This document shows, piece by piece, positions 1 through 12,047 of a DNA stretch of 64,000 nt. The notes beneath the pieces were generated by a model. The model did no database searches. It worked only from the letters and a program-made list of their open reading frames with translations, and was not told where the DNA came from. Location: the NCBI RefSeq assembly GCF_006345805.1, contig NC_043001.1:67022001-67086000 (forward strand), written 5' to 3'. This DNA comes from Octopus sinensis. Taxonomy: Eukaryota. The translations under genes and the position numbers were made by a program. How positions within the stretch are numbered: the first letter of the stretch is position 1; each line of letters begins with the position of its first letter.

Positions 1-17
1 GTATGTGTGTGTGTGTG

Positions 18-93
<76 letters not shown>

Positions 94-2672
94 GTATCTA
101 TATATATATTACATATGTGTATATGTATGTATCTAATTGTGTATAAATATTTGAAAATATTAAAATGGGGCAGCAAAATAGTATTGAGAGAGGAATTCTG
201 TGATTGTGATTCCCAATTATGAAAACTGTTGTATTCTTTCAGTAATTAATGCTGCTCATTTGATATTATTACAAAGACATTCTTTCTTGCTATTCACAGG
301 TTGTGCTATACACTTTTCACTATTATTGCCTTCCATGCACACACACACACACACGTGTTGTGTGTATGTAGATATATATATATATATATATGTATGTATG
401 AGGACACTTTCCCCTGCCAGCCCCCACACCAATTGTATCTCTACTACCACCAACTGTAGCCCTACAATTACTACCACCACTATATCAGTACTCTATATTT
501 TACTAATTTCTTGTCATTTTCTCATCTGAGAAAGACAGAAAAAAAAAACAGTACACAAAATATATAAAGAAAAAATAACTTTTCGAAATTTCTTTGATAA
601 TTTTCCATTAAACCACAACAAAAAAATAAAAATACATGAAGATTATTTCAAGATTATTCCAAGATTAGAGAAAAGAAAATAAAGAATTATCCTTAAAACC
701 AGAAAAAGGAATGTGTGTGTGTGTGTGTGTGCATGCATTATGTATGTATGTGTGTGTATATATATGGTGAAAGAAGAAAAAGACAACTGAATACTGAAAT
801 CTACATCGGTACTTATATACACAAAGTCTATATGTACATACATGTATATACATGTATGCTATCTTGATAAATTAAATTTCACACATAAACATCATATTAA
901 GAGTTCAGTATAAAGCTGAATGCATGTCTAAGTTTGTATGTGTGTGGTGTTTGTACAAAATATAGGCTCTGGAGAAACATGATTTCAATTGTATTAGAAT
1001 TGTTTGACTTTGTCTATTGGTAAACCAATTTCACTGTGTCTGCAACTTCAAATGAGATGTTCTCCACAGACAGCTGCAGTTTATTTTTGATGTTCTTCCT
1101 AATAGTGTAAGTGTGTTGGATTTTTGCCAAACAAATGATTCGAGGGCCACAATTCTTTTCAACAAGCTGTTTTCTTTTACCAATAATCACACCGCCGACA
1201 ATAATCTACACTTGCATCATCTTTCCACAGACCTCTTTCCACACTAACTTTGTTCTTTGTTTTACCATCAATATGCAGATTTTCATAACAGCATTACCTG
1301 CAAATGACCCAATTGTTGCATATACATTCACTTTGTAAATCCTCTCTCAGTTTGGATATATATATATGAATTATAAACAGTAAAATAAATCATATTTATC
1401 TTTGTGTATTTATTGGTGATATTTCTTTTCTAAATGTTTCTAAATTTCAGGCACTTTTTTTTTAAAAAAAACATTCTTTTTCTACTGGATCTGTAGAAAA
1501 TGGGCCATGCTTACCACCTTCACAGTCACTCCAAATCTGATCATATTAGTATGGTTTATTGGTAAGGCCAAACCAGTAAAATAGCCTCTCTGTGATTGCT
1601 CTACTTGCTAAAAAGAGCTGCTAAATTCACACATTACACATGCCCTATGTATATTTAATCATTCATGCATGAGATATTCCTTTAAAAAAAAGACAGAATT
1701 GTTATGGAGACCTTTGATCATAGCTCTGCACACTTTGGGTTAACATGGGACTAAACAACAACAGGATAAATGACAATTGTAATGATTTAAATCTGACAAA
1801 TTAATTTAAAGAACTAATTAAAAACTTATTAAACAATTAATGTCATTCATTTTAAGTTTGTCATCAGAGATTTTAAAGAAGTGTTCTGTATACTTCATTA
1901 AATGACTTGTTGATCATTGTTTAATCTGGTGGCAAGGGCTGTACCTTAAATCTTCACAGACCCTCCAAGACCAAATCCTAACAGAGTCGATGGCTTAATT
2001 ATTTTTCTTTATACATATAATGTCTGACTCTAATTTAGACAGAAAATCATCAGGTTTGAGGGGAGGGGATTAGTCAGTACCGTTATTTCCTGTACTTGAT
2101 TGGTACTTTATTTTTATCAGCTCCAAAAGGGATTAGAACAGAGAATATGAAGAGCTGGGGCAAATAGTAAGAAGCATGTTTCTAATGCTTTAACATTTCT
2201 TTTATAATTCTTTTACAAAAGCTGATGTTGTACTTTGTCTAAAGAACTAATTATCAAAACAACTAGTTAAATTTGTTCTTGCAACAATCAGCAATAGAAA
2301 AAAAATAATTCATCAGAGAAAGAAATTATTTAATTGTTAAATGAAGGAAATGGCAAATGTCATACAGTCAGAAAATGTTCAATATTTTTTTCATTGTGTG
2401 TGTGTGTGTGTGAGAGAGAGAGAGTGGGGGGGGCGAAATCCATTAAGTTTATGAACAGAGACTACAAAACAACAGTCATATTAAATTTCATTATCATTTA
2501 CCATACATTACTAATTCTGTCATTAAGGCACATTCTTCTCCAAAAACAATTTCAATATTATTTGTGATAAACAGGAATTTTGCAGCATTCTTGAAATTTT
2601 AGTACATTTAAGTTTTAGTGCATGTATAGATGTGTGTGTTTGTGTATGTGTTCTTGTGTTTGTATGTACACA

Positions 2673-2806
2673 GGTACAGGCATGGCTAAGGAGTGTGCTT
2701 TCCAACCATAGTTTCAGGTTCAATCCCACTGTGTAGCACTTTGGGCAAGTATCTTCCACTGTAGCTCTGAGCCTTGTGAGTGGATTTGGTAGGCAGAAAG
2801 CAGCCT
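2673..2806 (+). mobile_element. SINE family A (tRNA-like head, CORE-like middle), partial copy
   Basis: Similar to the other copies: ggttcaatcccactg, ttgggcaagt, gccttgtgagtggatttggtag. Confidence 0.7.
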
Positions 2807-2820
2807 AAAAATTCATTCAG

Positions 2821-2943
2821 CTATGGGTGGAGAAGTTACTATCTTTTCTGCTACCAAAGAATTGTCTGCTGGCTTTGCACCTGCAGACAATGATGTGTGG
2901 TATAAGACATTGCTTACAGGAGAAAAAAAAAGTCCAGCTAAGG
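2821..2943 (+). CDS. Candidate internal exon of an unidentified host gene: (A)MGGEVTIFSATKELSAGFAPADNDVWYKTLLTGEKKSPAK
   Basis: Acceptor cattcag ends at 2820 and donor gtgagt starts at 2944. The 123-nt exon is phase 1-1, open, and not repetitive. Product not recognised. Confidence 0.55.
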
Positions 2944-4537
2944 GTGAGTAACTGAAAGGGTATCCAATTGTAAAAGAGTGCTTTGTGATATATGTGTAGT
3001 TCTTGCGAGTATGGAAAATAGGCATAAAAATGAATGAATTATACTCAAATAGATTTTTTTTTCTTTGCCTTAAATATATTTCAAGTTTGAAACTATGGCT
3101 ATTTAATTTACAGTAGCTTTAAATTTTAAATTGAACCTTTGGTGAATAATTATGTATGCTACCTTCATCATTAGTTTACATTTATTTTCCCATGCTTGTA
3201 TGGGTCTTCTTCAGTACAGTCATCCCTTTTTTTGTTGTAGTCCATTATTATTTCCTTCATGAAGGTCAGTTTCCTGAGATCAACTTACATGATTCTTGCC
3301 TGTATTTTCTTTGACCTTCCTCTCTCATAGGTTCCTTCCTCTTGGATTGCTTGGCACTTCATTACCCATCTACCCACTCCTAGGTTTTGAAAAAATCTTG
3401 TAAACTTCAAAATTAACCTCTTCTCTTTAAGATAAAATTCTGACACTATACTAACTCTTTCTAAAACTGCCTAAATAATTACACAAAACCCTTTCAAACA
3501 ATCTGCTAGTATGAAAAACGGATGCTAGATGATAATGATGCTGATGAGCTACACTCTACTACAATCAAAAATATCTCCCAACTGAAACTAGAAGACCACA
3601 TAGACTACCTCATCATGAATACTAAGTACTCTAAGGACAATTTCCTATCCATTCCCAAGCCTAGATTAATAGACCCCTCAAAATGATTTGGATTTAGTTA
3701 ATGCTTAATCTCAAGAGAAGAAACACCATGAAATTAGGAAAGTAGAACTGTAGTGCCACTCGTATCAACAGTATGGAACATAAAGCACTCTGTGGATTTC
3801 CACAATTTGACATAATAGATTTCTACTCTATATTTACATCTGTCATGGAATTTTAGGAAATACTTTACTACCATATCACTCAGTAAATAGCTTTTATTTT
3901 CACACTGGCTCTAAAAAGGTATGGATGGTATAACTCAAAATTGTCCTACCACTACTCTGATAAAAATATTTCCTTCTATTATAATATAAGTATAACACTG
4001 AGAAATAGTATATTAGAAACACTCTTCATATAATAGCAATACTAGGAAGAAAAACATTTGATGCAATGCCCCCTTCCTTACAACATATATAACCACTAAC
4101 ATAACTAGGAAATTCTTGTCTCTGTAACTATTGAAAAAAAACTGATAAATCTAGTGATGTGAAGCAAAATAAACAACATGAGATGTAGTACCAGCAGTCA
4201 TATTTTGCAGTCAATGTGCTTCAGAACTTAGATGACAGTCATTACCACAATGCAACAACTTATGACTTGTAGCTTTTGTAGCCAGCAGATTTAAGAGTTT
4301 GATCCCCTTCGACATTTGTTACATCAATGAAGCAACAAAGTTTGAGAACAATATTACATTACTTTCCAGCTGTCTTCACTGCAATATCAAACATATATAA
4401 AAATGTCTACTGTAGATTCATGTATCTCTGTAGACTTGCATGTACGTACGTACATACATGCATGCATGCATACATACACACACATCCCTATTTACAAATG
4501 TATACCCTCAGCAACACTTATTCACTTCTGTTTTCAG

Positions 4538-4575
4538 AACAAAGTGGAGATGGATTAGATACTAATGGCAGGTGA
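4538..4575 (+). CDS. Candidate next exon (EQSGDGLDTNGR); either terminal (TGA 4573-4575) or spliced at gtgaga 4572
   Basis: Acceptor cttctgttttcag ends at 4537. Phase is compatible with exon 2821-2943 (G|AA = Glu). Confidence 0.4.
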
Positions 4576-4671
4576 GAAGGAATTTGTTGCTCAAAGAAGG
4601 AGGTGAAAACTTTTATGAAAGGTGCAACATCCTTTAAATGATTGTATTTATGTATAAGTGTGATATATATA

Positions 4672-4731
4672 GGCGCAGGAGTGGCTGTGTGGTAAGTAGC
4701 TTGCTTACAAGCCACATGGTTCTAGGTTCAG
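4672..4731 (+). mobile_element. SINE family A head, truncated
   Basis: ggcgcaggagtggctgtgtggtaagtagcttgc...ggttcag, then an abrupt switch to RTE sequence. Confidence 0.8.
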
Positions 4732-5205
4732 TTGTAGTGAGAGCTGTGCGGGCCATGTATAGGGACGCTGCTAGTAGGGTGAGGGTTGGAAACGAGTACA
4801 GTGAAGAATTCCGGGTAGAGGTAGGGGTACACCAAGGCTCAATACTCAGCCTCCTCCTATTTATCATAGTCCTCCAGGCAATAACGGAGGAATTCAAGAC
4901 AGGATGCCCTTGGGAGCTCCTCTATGCTGATGACCTTGCTCTAATTGCTGAGTCGCTATCAGAACTGGAGGAGAAGTTTCAGGTGTGGAAACAAGGATTA
5001 GAATCGAAGGGCCTCAGAGTCAATCTAGCTAAAACCAAAATCGTAATCAGTAGGAAGGTAGACAAATCACAAACGCCTTCAGGTAGATGGCCCTGCTCGA
5101 TCTGTAGAAAGGGTGTAGGTAGAAACTCTATAAGATGCACCAAGTGTAAGCTATGGACACATAAGAGGTGCAGCAATATCAAAGGAAGGCTAACTAGGAA
5201 GATGG
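4732..5205 (+). mobile_element. RTE-clade LINE reverse transcriptase fragment
   Basis: Open frame with GVHQGSILS, ELLYADDLAL and LRVNLAKTK. Nearly the same protein as the RTE copy at 17841-20298. Confidence 0.9.
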
Positions 5206-5219
5206 ATATATATATGCAT

Positions 5220-5596
5220 AGGAGTGGCTGTGTGGTAAGTAGCTTGCTTATTAACCACATGGTTCTGGGTTCAGTCCCACTGCATAGCACTTTGGGCAAG
5301 TGTCTCCTACTATAGCCTTGAGTGGATGTTGTAGATGGAAATCAAAAGAAGCCTATCATATATACATACATGTGTGTGTGTGTGTGTGTATGCTTATGTG
5401 TCTGTGTTTGTCCCTCCACCATTGCTTGACAACCGATGTTGGTGTGTTTATGTCCCCATAACCTAGCGATTTGGCAAAAAGAGACTGATAGAATGAGTAC
5501 TAGGCTTACAAAGAATAAATCCTGGGGTCGATTTGTTTGACTAAAAGGCAGTGCTCCAGCATGGCCACAGTCAAATGACTGAAACAAATAAAAGAA
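5220..5596 (+). mobile_element. SINE family A, near complete
   Basis: Head, central microsatellite and tail ending gtcaaatgactgaaacaaataaaaga. Confidence 0.85.
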
Positions 5597-5722
5597 TAAT
5601 GTACATATGTATATAAAGGAATTATATATATATATACATATAGAAATTCGGGGTGAGTACTTGATAATTGTAAGTACCTGTATATATACATATACATACA
5701 TATATATATATATACACATGTA

Positions 5723-5744
<22 letters not shown>

Positions 5745-5753
<9 letters not shown>

Positions 5754-6268
5754 TGTTGTATTTCGGAATGGTCATTTTGCCAGTTTAGCCAATAAAAACA
5801 CACGCACTATATATTTGGTGTTATTTTGCTTCAGTGTTATTTATTTTTTACATTAAACTTAATCTTATTTCGCCCAGAGTTCTTTCGTCACACTCCTGTG
5901 ACCACATCAAATTACACGAACGTATATAAACAGAAGATACAAATATTACAGGCATTTACCCCCCCCCACACACACACACACTAACTAAACATAGACGCAC
6001 ATAGAGATATACGCATGCGCAAATGAAGACACATACAATAGAAATACAAAATGGTTGACGGTTAGTAAGGAGAGACACAAATAAGTGAGAAGAAAACAAA
6101 GGACCACTGATGCGGTCACAGGAGTGTGACGAAAGAACTCTGACCGAAATAAGATCAAGTTTAATGTCAAAAATAAATAACACTGAAGCAAAGTAACACC
6201 AAATATATAGTGTGTGTGTTTTTATTGGCTAAACTGGCAAAATGACCATTCCGAAATACAACAATATC
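5745..6268. repeat. Foldback/MITE-like element: ~160 bp inverted arms (5745-5909 and 6109-6268) around a ~200 bp spacer
   Basis: ttgtatttcggaatggtcattttgccag...gtgaccacatc is mirrored by gatgcggtcac...ccattccgaaatacaa. Confidence 0.75.
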
Positions 6269-6322
6269 TGTTTCAACACACGATTTCACATAAAAAATCT
6301 TGCACAACAAATATATATATAT

Positions 6323-7058
6323 AGGCGCAGGAGTGGCTGTGTGGTAAGTAGCTTGCTAACCAACCACATGGTTCCGGGTTCAATCCCACTGCGTGGCATC
6401 TTGGGCAAGTGTCTTCTGCTATAGCCACGGGCCAACTAATGCCTTGTGAGTGGATTTGGTAGACGGAAACTGTCGTATATATGTATATACTAGCAGTATC
6501 GCCCGGCGTTGCTCGGGTTTGTAAGGGAAATAACTATAAAGCATTTTTAGAGAGTTATAGCCAAAAAATAGCAAAAAAATGGGGAAAAAATGATGGTAAA
6601 TTTTTTTGAGAGTTAAAAAGGTCGAGTTGCGTCCCCTAGACAGTCTGTGGTTTGTGTTTCTGATTCTCGACACCATGAACTGGGGGAACTTTTCAAAATT
6701 TTCGCTGCGTTAGTTTTGAATTATGACATTGGGCTATGTGTGTGTCAAGTTTCATCAGAATCGGTTGAAAGCCGTGGTCAGGGTCAGGGTACAACCTGAC
6801 AGACACGCAGACAGACAAACTGCCGTTTATATAGAGAGAGATATATGTATGTGTGTGTTTGTATGTCTGTTTGTCCCCCTAGCATTGCTTGACAACCAAT
6901 GCTGGTGTGTTTACGTCCCCGTCACTTAGCGGTTCGGCAAAAGAGACCGATAGAATAGGTGCTGGGCTTACAAAGAATAAGTCCCGGGGTCGATTTGCTC
7001 GACTAAAGGCGGTGCTCCAGCATGGCCGCAGTCAAATGACTGAAACAAGTAAAAAAGA
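6323..7058 (+). mobile_element. SINE family A interrupted by a Helitron
   Basis: SINE head at 6323-6475. The SINE body and tail resume after 6841. Confidence 0.85.
6490..6841 (-). mobile_element. Non-autonomous Helitron, complete (352 bp)
   Basis: On the minus strand: 5' TC (TCTCTCTATATAAACGGCAG), subterminal hairpin CCCGAGCAACGCCGGG, 3' CTAG. Inserted between A and T with no TSD. Confidence 0.85.
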
Positions 7059-7174
7059 GTATATATATATATATATACATATATTTACACACATACATAT
7101 ATATATATACATATACACACGCACATATATATATATACATATACACATTATTAGCTTCCTCCTAACAATATGTT

Positions 7175-7955
7175 CCATGGCTTTGTTGACGTGAGTTCAA
7201 AGAGACAAGCCTGTAAGTTTTAGCATCTGCTCTACTCCGTCCTTTGCAGATCAGGTATATGATACCATCTTTTAACACTTTGAGAAATTTGCTACTTGGT
7301 AGGGTGGGGGACTCATAGTAGTTTTGTGAAAGCCTTCCCAAATGTCTTTAAAAGAATAGCTGGGAAACCATCAGGACTTGCCGCTGAGTTCGTCTCATCA
7401 GTTGTTGATATTACAACTTCTTTTATGTTTATATAATCGATGGTCGTCTCTGCCCTATGTGGCTTGTTTATTTGATATGTCCCAGTGGAGAGGGTAAAAC
7501 ACTTTGGAATTGTTTATCAACTATTTTGCTATCTTCCATTCAGCTTTGTAGATGTCAGAGCTGGATACAGTTTGGATGGATCCTGTGTGGTGTATGTCTT
7601 TGGTTAGTTTCAGACCATACCTTATTAATTCTATTACATTCAAGCTTGAGAGAGTTGTTAGCAACATCACATTGTGGATAAGTTCCACATTATTGGTGAC
7701 TCAGTGATCCAGGATGTTGTTACTGGTTGAGTATAGAACTGTTCATCCCATGAACACCCTCTTCATCAGATTAGAGTAAGGATTTCACTTGATTCTGTTC
7801 TTTGCATGTTGTTCTTGAGATCATATCATCATCAGACCATCTGATTGGGGAAGTTGAAGTCACCTTTTAGAAGCACATTAGTGTGTGGATGTAGTTTTAT
7901 TATTAGTACTTCCTTGATAATTTTAAGACATTCCTCAAATTTATGATCATGATTT
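7175..7955 (-). pseudogene. Degenerate CR1-like LINE ORF2 fragment (start of RT region)
   Basis: Manual translation gives SAASPDGFPAILLK and LKDGIIYLICKGRSRADAKTYRLVSL, with stops and frameshifts. Confidence 0.6.
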
Positions 7956-8513
7956 GAGGTGACAGGTGGATGATATAGTATTCATACAACCACATCAAGT
8001 TGTTTTGTGTGCACTATGGGTGTGTCACAAACCAAGTTTAAATGTGACAACTGGATGTGTGAATGTGCATATATATGTACACACATACATACATGTATGT
8101 ATGTATATATATATATATATGGCAGAGTATATATTTATGTGTATATATGTCTCAACTTATGCTATTTCCAGTTATGGCTTTTTGATTTTATGTCATTTTT
8201 TAAAGAAATTAATGGAAAAAAAATTCTGTTTCAGTCAATTTATCCAACTTCATATCAAATTCAGAGTACATATCTAAAAGCATATAAATTATAAAAAAAA
8301 AACACTTAACAACCAAAACTGAAGCACAAAATTAAATAAAATACATGTGAAAATATGTACAAACCAATTTATTAAAAGATATGAGCTAATAAATTTTTAA
8401 GAGTGTTTTTTGTTAGATTTTTTTCAAGATAAGTCCCATGTCTTCAAACTAATTACAGACATAAGTTGAGATACACCTCTCTGTGTGTGTGTATGTATAT
8501 ATATATATATATA

Positions 8514-9214
8514 TAAGAAAATAGTAAAGAGTGAAAAAACGACAGAAGGCTTAAATGTTAAAAAATATATATATTTTTGTGTCAAAATGTCTGGAGAATA
8601 TTGGAAAAATTTTTTTCCCTTTCCTTAAAATGACATAATTTTAAAATTTTTAAAGAAATTACCGGTTTCGCGTGTAGCTTTTCAAATTTCTTGTGACGTT
8701 ATGTTTATATTGCATGGAGTTATCGTTGTGTTTATTTTCAGGAGATTTCTAAATAAGGGGAGGTAGTGAGTGATTTCTTCCGGTGTAAGGGAGATAATCG
8801 CTTAAAAATTTTTTTCCCTTTCCCTTGTTAATTTCTCTGTGTCAGTATGTTCGGATGGTTGAGTCTGGGTTTGTACTTTTCAATGAAGAATGTTTCCTTG
8901 TTCAGTCTCATTTGTGTTGATGATCCGAAAGCACATTGGTAAAATGGGAAGATTAAAAATTGTGGCAGTAGTTGCTTTGCGCATTTCTCAATGTGCTCAC
9001 TAAAAGGTATCATTCTATATTCTGGGAATACAATCTGTTGTCGATGCAGTGTGCATCTACGCCTGAGTGATAGTCCCGTGGAACCCACGTAGTCTTGGTG
9101 GCAGCCCGAGCATTTAATGACATAAATTATGTTTTCAGAGGCACAAGTAAAGTTAGATTTGATCTTGAATTTTTGTCCCTCTTTAAAGAGGAATTCTGAT
9201 CCTTCTAGTAGGTT
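8514..9214 (-). mobile_element. Inverted copy (pseudo-LTR) of the 3' end of the Penelope-like element
   Basis: Reverse complement of ~9764-10402. ORF 8828..9274 repeats the GIY-YIG segment with one amino-acid difference (IVFPE vs IAFPE). Confidence 0.9.
8653..8692 (-). ncRNA. Minimal type I hammerhead ribozyme candidate with U3-A8 core
   Basis: Minus strand reads AAGAAAT-TTGAAAA-GCtacacGC-GAAA-CCGG-TA-ATTTCTT: 7-bp helix I, 2-bp helix II, palindromic helix III, GUA cleavage triplet. Confidence 0.7.
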
Positions 9215-10402
9215 AAAAAAATTAACCTTAAAATAGAAACAGACATTTTTTACAAAGCCACAGACGCCAAACAATACCTTCTTTTTAATTCATGCCACCC
9301 AAGACACACTAAAACAAACATCCCCTTCAACCTTGCAAGAAGGATATGCACAATAGTGTCAGAACAAAATACCAGGAACTTTAGACTGCAAGAACTCAAA
9401 AACACCCTAATTGACAGACATTACCCAGCTCAACTCATAGAGGATGGGATCAGACGTGCAACAGAAATCAACATAGAAACTTTAAGAAAAGTTCAACACA
9501 ACAACACACCTTCCCCGAAAATACTACCTTACATATCTACATACAACCCCAGAAACAAAGAAGCCTTCACCATCATCACCCAGAATTTACCAATACTTCA
9601 TAAAAACCCAAAATTAAAGGAAATTCTAAACATACACCAAATCATTAAAAGCTACAAACAGCCTAAATCACTTAAAAAGATTCTCACAAAGGCAAAATTG
9701 TCTTCTAAAATTACGGATGCAAAAGTAAAAAAATGTGGTAGATCGAACTGTGCAACATGCCCTAACCTACTAGAAGGATCAGAATTCCTCTTTAAAGAGG
9801 GACAAAAATTCAAGATCAAATCTAACTTTACTTGTGCCTCTGAAAACATAATTTATGTCATTAAATGCTCGGGCTGCCACCAAGACTACGTGGGTTCCAC
9901 GGGACTATCACTCAGGCGTAGATGCACACTGCATCGACAACAGATTGCATTCCCAGAATATAGAATGATACCTTTTAGTGAGCACATTGAGAAATGCGCA
10001 AAGCAACTACTGCCACAATTTTTAATCTTCCCATTTTACCAATGTGCTTTCGGATCATCAACACAAATGAGACTGAACAAGGAAACATTCTTCATTGAAA
10101 AGTACAAACCCAGACTCAACCATCCGAACATACTGACACAGAGAAATTAACAAGGGAAAGGGAAAAAAATTTTTAAGCGATTATCTCCCTTACACCGGAA
10201 GAAATCACTCACTACCTCCCCTTATTTAGAAATCTCCTGAAAATAAACACAACGATAACTCCATGCAATATAAACATTATGTCATTTTAAGGAAAGGAAA
10301 AAAATTTTTCCAATATTCTCCAGACATTTTGACACAAAAATATATATATTTTTTAACATTTAAGCCTTCTGTCGTTTTTTCACTCTTTACTATTTTCTTA
10401 TA
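9215..10402 (+). mobile_element. Penelope-like element, 5'-truncated: RT C-terminus/thumb plus GIY-YIG endonuclease
   Basis: Frame open from ~9225 to the stop at 10150. Contains TDIFYKATDAKQYLLFNSCHPRHTK and NIIYVIKCSGCHQDYVGSTG...RRRCTLHRQQI. Confidence 0.92.
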
Positions 10403-10443
10403 TATTCACCCACGTGCTTTACCAAACAAACTTTCTTATCTAT

Positions 10444-10475
<32 letters not shown>

Positions 10476-10572
10476 AGTTCAGCAAAATTTAGGTTCAAAT
10501 GAATATGGTACTTAAGTTAGATGCATCAGAATTTTGTATGGTGTTATCCATATAAATCCATGGGGTGATTAT

Positions 10573-11172
10573 AATCAAAATAAGCAACAAGAATATCTTC
10601 GGTAATTTGGTACGAACATTTCATGCTACATCATTCTATTAAACATTGTAAGTATTACAACAGTTTTAAAATGTTGAGCAATCATCAGCCATTTATAGAG
10701 GTTTTCCATTAATACATATTTTCATATTAATTGATAACATTATAGAGAGGGTAGATATATAGACAGAGATGTCGCTTTGAATTTTAAGAACATTAAGGTA
10801 GTAGAATTTATCTTCTGACTGAAGAATATTCTTTAAGTTATTTTGAACTGCTAGAAGGTGGGGAAGTATATTCAGAATATACTTCCCCACCTTCTAGCAG
10901 TTCAAAATAACTTAAAGAATATTCCTCAGTCAGAAGATAAATTCTACTACCTTAATGTTCTTAAAATTCAAAGCGACATCTCTGTCTATATATCTACCCT
11001 CTCTATAATGTTATCAATTAATATGAAAATATGTATTAATGGAAAACCTCTATAAATGGCTGATGATTGCTCAACATTTTAAAACTGTTGTAATACTTAC
11101 AATGTTTAATAGAATGATGTAGCGTGAAATGATAGTACCAAATTACAGAAGATATTCTTGTTGCTTATTTTG

Positions 11173-11175
<3 letters not shown>
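10573..11175. repeat. Near-perfect ~600 bp palindrome with a 1-nt centre at 10874
   Basis: Centre ...ggggaagtatattc-a-gaatatacttcccc.... Arms differ by a few substitutions; mirror ORFs at 10693..10890(-) and 10858..11055(+). Confidence 0.95.
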
Positions 11176-11204
<29 letters not shown>

Positions 11205-11209
<5 letters not shown>

Positions 11210-11585
11210 CAGGAGTGGCTGTGTGGAAAGTAGCTTGCTTCCTAGCCACATGATTCCAGGTTCAGTTCCACTGCATGGCACCTTGGACAAATGTCTTCTA
11301 CTATAGTCCCAGGCTAACTAAAGCCTTGTGAGTGAATTTGGTAGATGGAAACTGGAAGGAGCCCATATATTAATATTTATATATTTATGCATTTGTGTGT
11401 TTATGCCCCCACCATCACTTGACAACCAACGTTAGTGTGCTTACATCACCGTAATTTAGTAGTTTGGCAAGAGACCTATAGAATAAATATTAGGCTTAGA
11501 AAGAATAAGTCTTGGGGTCGATTTGTTCAACTAGAGGCAGTGCTCCAACATGGCCATAGTCAAATGACTGAAACAAATAAAAGAA
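11205..11585 (+). mobile_element. SINE family A, near complete
   Basis: Head ggtacaggagtggctgtgtgg through tail tgactgaaacaaataaaaga. Confidence 0.8.
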
Positions 11586-11598
11586 TATACATATATAT

Positions 11599-11705
<107 letters not shown>

Positions 11706-12047
11706 CATACACACATTGTGGTAATGACTGCCATCTAAGTTCTGAAGCATGTTGACTGCAAGATATGATTGCTGGTACTGCCATCCTTGTAAACTGTTAG
11801 AAACATGACAAGTGTTTTGGACACAGTTTTCCCTAGCAGAAAACAGAATTTCATGGAAGCACACTTTCTTTGTTTCAGCCATTGCAAAAATTGACAAACG
11901 GAAGAAGGACTACACTCGACAACGATGGTCAGCATACTGATGCCTGAGGCTCACATCAAGTGACTGAAGCCTGACTACAATGGGCTTATACCACAAAGAA
12001 CATTTCCAGTTACTTTTGGGTATCCCCTCGTACATATATATGTGTAT

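Noticed and set aside
1030-1350. 75-aa ORF and possible degraded transposase on the minus strand
   Set aside because: No catalytic motif or terminal repeats could be identified; left unassigned.
2813-3025. 70-aa minus-strand ORF
   Set aside because: Antisense shadow of the plus-strand candidate exon, which has canonical splice sites.
4638-5315. 225-aa ORF with an RT motif as a host gene
   Set aside because: Chance read-through of SINE head, RTE fragment and a second SINE head.
10815-10880. CTGAAGA followed by a hairpin within the palindrome as a hammerhead
   Set aside because: No GAAA or cleavage triplet in the required position.
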